In this document: positions 56,520 to 59,424 of the stretch, in pieces
How the letters are laid out: every line of letters begins with the position of its first letter
How positions within the stretch are numbered: the first letter of the stretch is position 1
Source: Candidatus Fervidifonticultor secundus
GTDB taxonomy: Bacteria > Sysuimicrobiota > Sysuimicrobiia > Sysuimicrobiales > Humicultoraceae
Length of the DNA: 59,424 bases
NCBI GenBank assembly: GCA_031459385.1
Contig: JAVKIP010000019.1
Coordinates: forward strand, 1 to 59,424
Reading direction: 5' to 3'
Position numbers and translations under genes: made by a program
Notes under the pieces: model-generated
What the model was told of the DNA's origin: nothing
Database searches by the model: none
The model's input: only the letters and a program-made list of their open reading frames with translations

Positions 56520-57497
56520 ATGCGCGACCAGTACGGGCGGCCTCTGACCGACCTCCGGCTGTCGCTGACGGACCGGTGCAACCTCCGGTGCGTCTACTGT
56601 ATGCCGGAGGATGGCATCGCCTTCCGTCCCCCGGCCGATCTCCTCCAGGACGACGAGGCGGTCCTGCTCGTCGAACTGGCCGCCGAGTTGGGCGTCCGCA
56701 AGATCCGCCTGACCGGCGGGGAACCCACCGTGCGCGCCGGCATCGTGCCGCTGGTGGCGCGCATTGCGCGCATCCCCGGCCTCACCGATATCGCCATGAC
56801 CACCAATGGAGTGCTTCTCGAGATGCTGGCCCGCCCGCTGGCGGAGGCCGGGCTGACGCGCGTCAACGTCAGCCTGGACACCCTGGACCCCGAGAAGTTC
56901 CGCCGCATTACGCGCGGCGGGCACGTCGACCGCGTGCTGGCCGGCATCGCGCAGGCCGAGGCGGCGGGGCTGCGCCCCATCAAGCTCAACGCGGTCGTGG
57001 TGCGCGGTTTCAACGATGACGACGTGGTGGCGCTGGCGGCGCTGACGCTGGAGCGACCCTGGGAAGTTCGCTTCATCGAGGTGATGCCCTTCGGGGAGGT
57101 GGCCGACGTCGCCGACGCCGGTATCGTCACCTCCGAGGAGACGATGGCGCGGATCGAAGCGGCGCTGGGGCCCTTGGAGCCCGTCGACCTGTCGGGCGCC
57201 AGCCCGGCCCGGACCTACCGGCTGCGCGGGGCGGCCGGCGACCTGGGCTTCATCAGCCCGGTCAGCCAGCCTTTCTGCGCCAGCTGCGGCAGGATCCGGC
57301 TCACGGCCGACGGCCGGCTGCGGCTCTGCCTGCTGCGCGATGACGAAGCCGACCTGCTGACGCCGCTGCGCGCGGGGGCCTCACGCGACCAGCTGAAGGC
57401 CATCTTCGCGGCGGCCGCGTACCGCCGGCCGTTCGGCCACGCCCTGGCCGAGAAGCGCTACCCCAAAGAGCGCGTCATGATCCAGATCGGCGGCTGA
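56520..57497 (+). CDS. moaA: GTP 3',8-cyclase MoaA
   Basis: LRLSLTDRCNLRCVYCMP, RLTGGEP, FCASCGRIRLTADG..RLCL, C-terminal IGG. Confidence 0.96.
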   Translation: MRDQYGRPLTDLRLSLTDRCNLRCVYCMPEDGIAFRPPADLLQDDEAVLLVELAAELGVRKIRLTGGEPTVRAGIVPLVARIARIPGLTDIAMTTNGVLLEMLARPLAEAGLTRVNVSLDTLDPEKFRRITRGGHVDRVLAGIAQAEAAGLRPIKLNAVVVRGFNDDDVVALAALTLERPWEVRFIEVMPFGEVADVADAGIVTSEETMARIEAALGPLEPVDLSGASPARTYRLRGAAGDLGFISPVSQPFCASCGRIRLTADGRLRLCLLRDDEADLLTPLRAGASRDQLKAIFAAAAYRRPFGHALAEKRYPKERVMIQIGG

Positions 57498-57532
57498 GGA
57501 CCCCACGCTCCGGCGATCCGCCGGGGCCGCCG

Positions 57533-57694
57533 CTATTCGTCCTCGGGATCCACCAGCTCCTCTTCGTCGGGCAGGACCCGCTCCCGGCACCGGGGACAGG
57601 TCACCAGCTCGTCCTCACCGAGGACGAGCAGCAGGAAGACGTGCGCGCAGCGCGGACAGACGACGCGGTAGACGTTACGGTTCCTCGCCCTCAA
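57533..57694 (-). CDS. Small Zn-ribbon protein (about 53 aa) with acidic tail
   Basis: Manual translation: MRARNRNVYRVVCPRCAHVFLLLVLGEDELVTCPRCRERVLPDEEELVDPEDE*; TTG start inside the end of sigH; below ORF-track cutoff. Confidence 0.65.
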   Translation of the reverse strand: MRARNRNVYRVVCPRCAHVFLLLVLGEDELVTCPRCRERVLPDEEELVDPEDE

Positions 57695-58313
57695 GGTTGC
57701 GCTCGAGCTTGCGCTTGACGCGCTGGAGGGCGTTGTCGATGGACTTGACGTGCCGGTTGAGCTCGTTGGCCATCTCCTGGTAGGACTTGCCCTCGAGATA
57801 GGCCGTCAGCACCTTGCACTCCAGCTCGCTGAGGTTCTTGCGGATCCGCTCCCGCATGGTCGCCGAGGCTTCCTGGTTGATGACCAGTTCCTCGGGGTCC
57901 GAGACCTTGATGCTGCTGATCACGTCCAGCAGCGTCCGGTCCGAGTCCTCGTCGTAGATGGGTTTGTTGAGCGAGATGTAGGAGTTCAGGGGGATGTGCT
58001 TCTGCCGAGTGGCCGTCTTGATAGCCGTGATGATCTGGCGGGTGATGCACAGCTCCGCGAACGCCCGGAACGACGACAGCTTGTCGCGACGGAAGTCGCG
58101 GATGGCCTTGTAGAGGCCGATCATCCCCTCCTGGATGATGTCCTCGCGGTCGGCGCCGATGAGGAAGTAGGCTTTGGCCTTGACGCGGACGAAGTTGCGG
58201 TACTTGCCGATCAGGAACTCGGCGGCGCGGTCGTCACCGCCCTTGGCATAGTCCACAAGATCCTCGTCTGCAAGCTCCTGGTAGGTCAGGGTTTCCCGTC
58301 GCGCGAGGGCCAC
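57675..58313 (-). CDS. sigH: RNA polymerase sigma factor SigH (Spo0H family)
   Basis: YFLIGADREDIIQEGMIGLYKAIRDF, SFRAFAELCITRQIITAIKTATRQKHIPLNSYISL, KSIDNALQRVKRKLE. Confidence 0.96.
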   Translation of the reverse strand: MALARRETLTYQELADEDLVDYAKGGDDRAAEFLIGKYRNFVRVKAKAYFLIGADREDIIQEGMIGLYKAIRDFRRDKLSSFRAFAELCITRQIITAIKTATRQKHIPLNSYISLNKPIYDEDSDRTLLDVISSIKVSDPEELVINQEASATMRERIRKNLSELECKVLTAYLEGKSYQEMANELNRHVKSIDNALQRVKRKLERNLEGEEP

Positions 58314-58401
58314 CGGCTACCCCCTCCGGTGGAACCCAGAAGGCGAAGTGGGCATCGTAGGTACGAACGAACCGCTTCGACCGCGCATCACGCTGGCCCT
58401 C

Positions 58402-58430
58402 ATTATAGAAACCGCCTCCGCGCGCGTCAA
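58402..58430 (-). promoter_or_regulatory. Sigma70 promoter of sigH
   Basis: TTGACG, 17 bp, TATAAT. Confidence 0.8.
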
Positions 58431-58551
58431 GCGCAACGGCCCCGCGCGCTCGGAGCGGGCGCCGCGACGATCGGCCCCCATCCGGGCACCGTGCCCGCCG
58501 GGGACGGCCGCCGGCCCGAGCCACCGCCGCTCTACACCCGGTGCCGCCCCG

Positions 58552-59331
58552 TCAGGGGGGTGCCGGTGCCGACCGCATCTGGCGCCGGACCTCGTAGAGC
58601 ACCAGCGCGGCGGCGACCGACACGTTCAGCGAGGCCACCCGCCCGTACATCGGAATCCGAACCAGCAAGTCGCAGCGGTCGCGGACCAGGCGCGACAGGC
58701 CCTGCCCTTCCCGCCCGACGACCACGGCGATCGGCGGCCGGAGCGTGGGCTCGTAGATCTCCTGTGCGGCCGCCGGATCGGCCCCGACGACCCAGAGCCC
58801 GGCCCGCTTGACCTGCTCGATGGCCTGGGGCAGGCTGGCGACCGAGGCCACGGCGACGTGCTCCACGGCGCCCGCCGATGCGGCGGCCACCGCCGGCGTC
58901 AGCCCCGCCGCCCGCCAGCGGGGAATCACCACGCCGTGGACGCCGGTAGCATCGGCCGAGCGCAGGATGGCCCCGAGGTTCCCCGGGTCTTCGATGCCGT
59001 CGAGGAAGAGCAGGAACGGCGCCTCGCCGCGCCGGCGCGCGGTGTCCAGCAGCGCGTCAACGTCCACCGTCGGGCGCACCGCCGCATAGGCGATCACCCC
59101 CTGCGGGGTGCGCGTGGTGGCCAGGCGGGCCAGCACCTCCGGGGCCACCTCGTGCACCGGGACGCCGTGCCGCCTGGCCTCGGCGATCACCAGGCGCAGC
59201 GCGCCGCTGCGGGCCGCAGCGCGCGAGACGACCAGTTTGCGCAGCGGCCGGCCGGCACGCAGCGCCTCCAGCACCGGGTGGCGGCCCTCGAGCTGCGCTA
59301 GGCGGGCTCCCGGCGCGCGGCCACCCGCCAC
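58552..59331 (-). CDS. rlmB: 23S rRNA Gm2251 methyltransferase (TrmH family)
   Basis: EGRHPVLEAL, DGIEDPGNLGAILRS, GREGQGL, IPMYGRVASLNVSVA. Confidence 0.93.
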   Translation of the reverse strand: MAGGRAPGARLAQLEGRHPVLEALRAGRPLRKLVVSRAAARSGALRLVIAEARRHGVPVHEVAPEVLARLATTRTPQGVIAYAAVRPTVDVDALLDTARRRGEAPFLLFLDGIEDPGNLGAILRSADATGVHGVVIPRWRAAGLTPAVAAASAGAVEHVAVASVASLPQAIEQVKRAGLWVVGADPAAAQEIYEPTLRPPIAVVVGREGQGLSRLVRDRCDLLVRIPMYGRVASLNVSVAAALVLYEVRRQMRSAPAPP

Positions 59332-59424
59332 CGTGCTCCCCCCGGCAGATCCTCCACGATGATACCCAGCTCGTTCATGCGCTGCCGGATGTCATCCGCC
59401 AGATCGAAGCGGCGCTGCTGGCGG
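59298..59424 (-). CDS. cysS: Cysteinyl-tRNA synthetase, C-terminal fragment
   Basis: RQQRRFDLADDIRQRMNELGIIVEDLPGGARW...*, typical CysRS anticodon-domain end; cysS-rlmB-sigH synteny. Confidence 0.85.
   Translation of the reverse strand, partial: RQQRRFDLADDIRQRMNELGIIVEDLPGGARWRVAARREPA

Overview
Very GC-rich bacterial chromosomal window. Gene content and order (cysS-rlmB-sigH, short Firmicutes-type rpoD after dnaG, class I LysRS) suggest a Terrabacteria lineage such as Armatimonadota/Sysuimicrobiota; this is inference only. Left to right: (1) a cyclic-nucleotide signalling locus with a cNMP-binding protein, two divergent class III cyclase-STAND ATPase-TPR proteins and a DUF3307-like membrane protein; (2) an IclR-associated catabolic cluster (peptide ABC importer, creatininase-like, class III aminotransferase, MlrC/M81, AstE/AspA); (3) an amidohydrolase, XRE regulator, IDH/IMDH-family enzyme and Fe(III)-type ABC transporter; (4) a candidate secreted-peptide system (CPBP protease, small secreted protein, 15-bp hairpin, SdpA-like, SdpB/HTTM fused to a DCC thiol-disulfide domain); (5) housekeeping genes comF, ahcY, rpoD, dnaG, EF-G paralog, lysS, hup; (6) an MFS pseudogene and three tRNAs; (7) a lower-GC island after tRNA-Thr combining F420 genes (cofG, cofH, cofD, cofC, no cofE) with folP-folB-folK, a divergent HisA paralog, an unknown protein and an LLM oxidoreductase; (8) a cyclase-family hydrolase, moaA, an unannotated Zn-ribbon microprotein, sigH, rlmB and the end of cysS. 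The best candidates for undescribed systems are the deazaflavin/pterin island and the Sdp-like peptide cluster. All calls come from reading motifs by eye; no searches were run.
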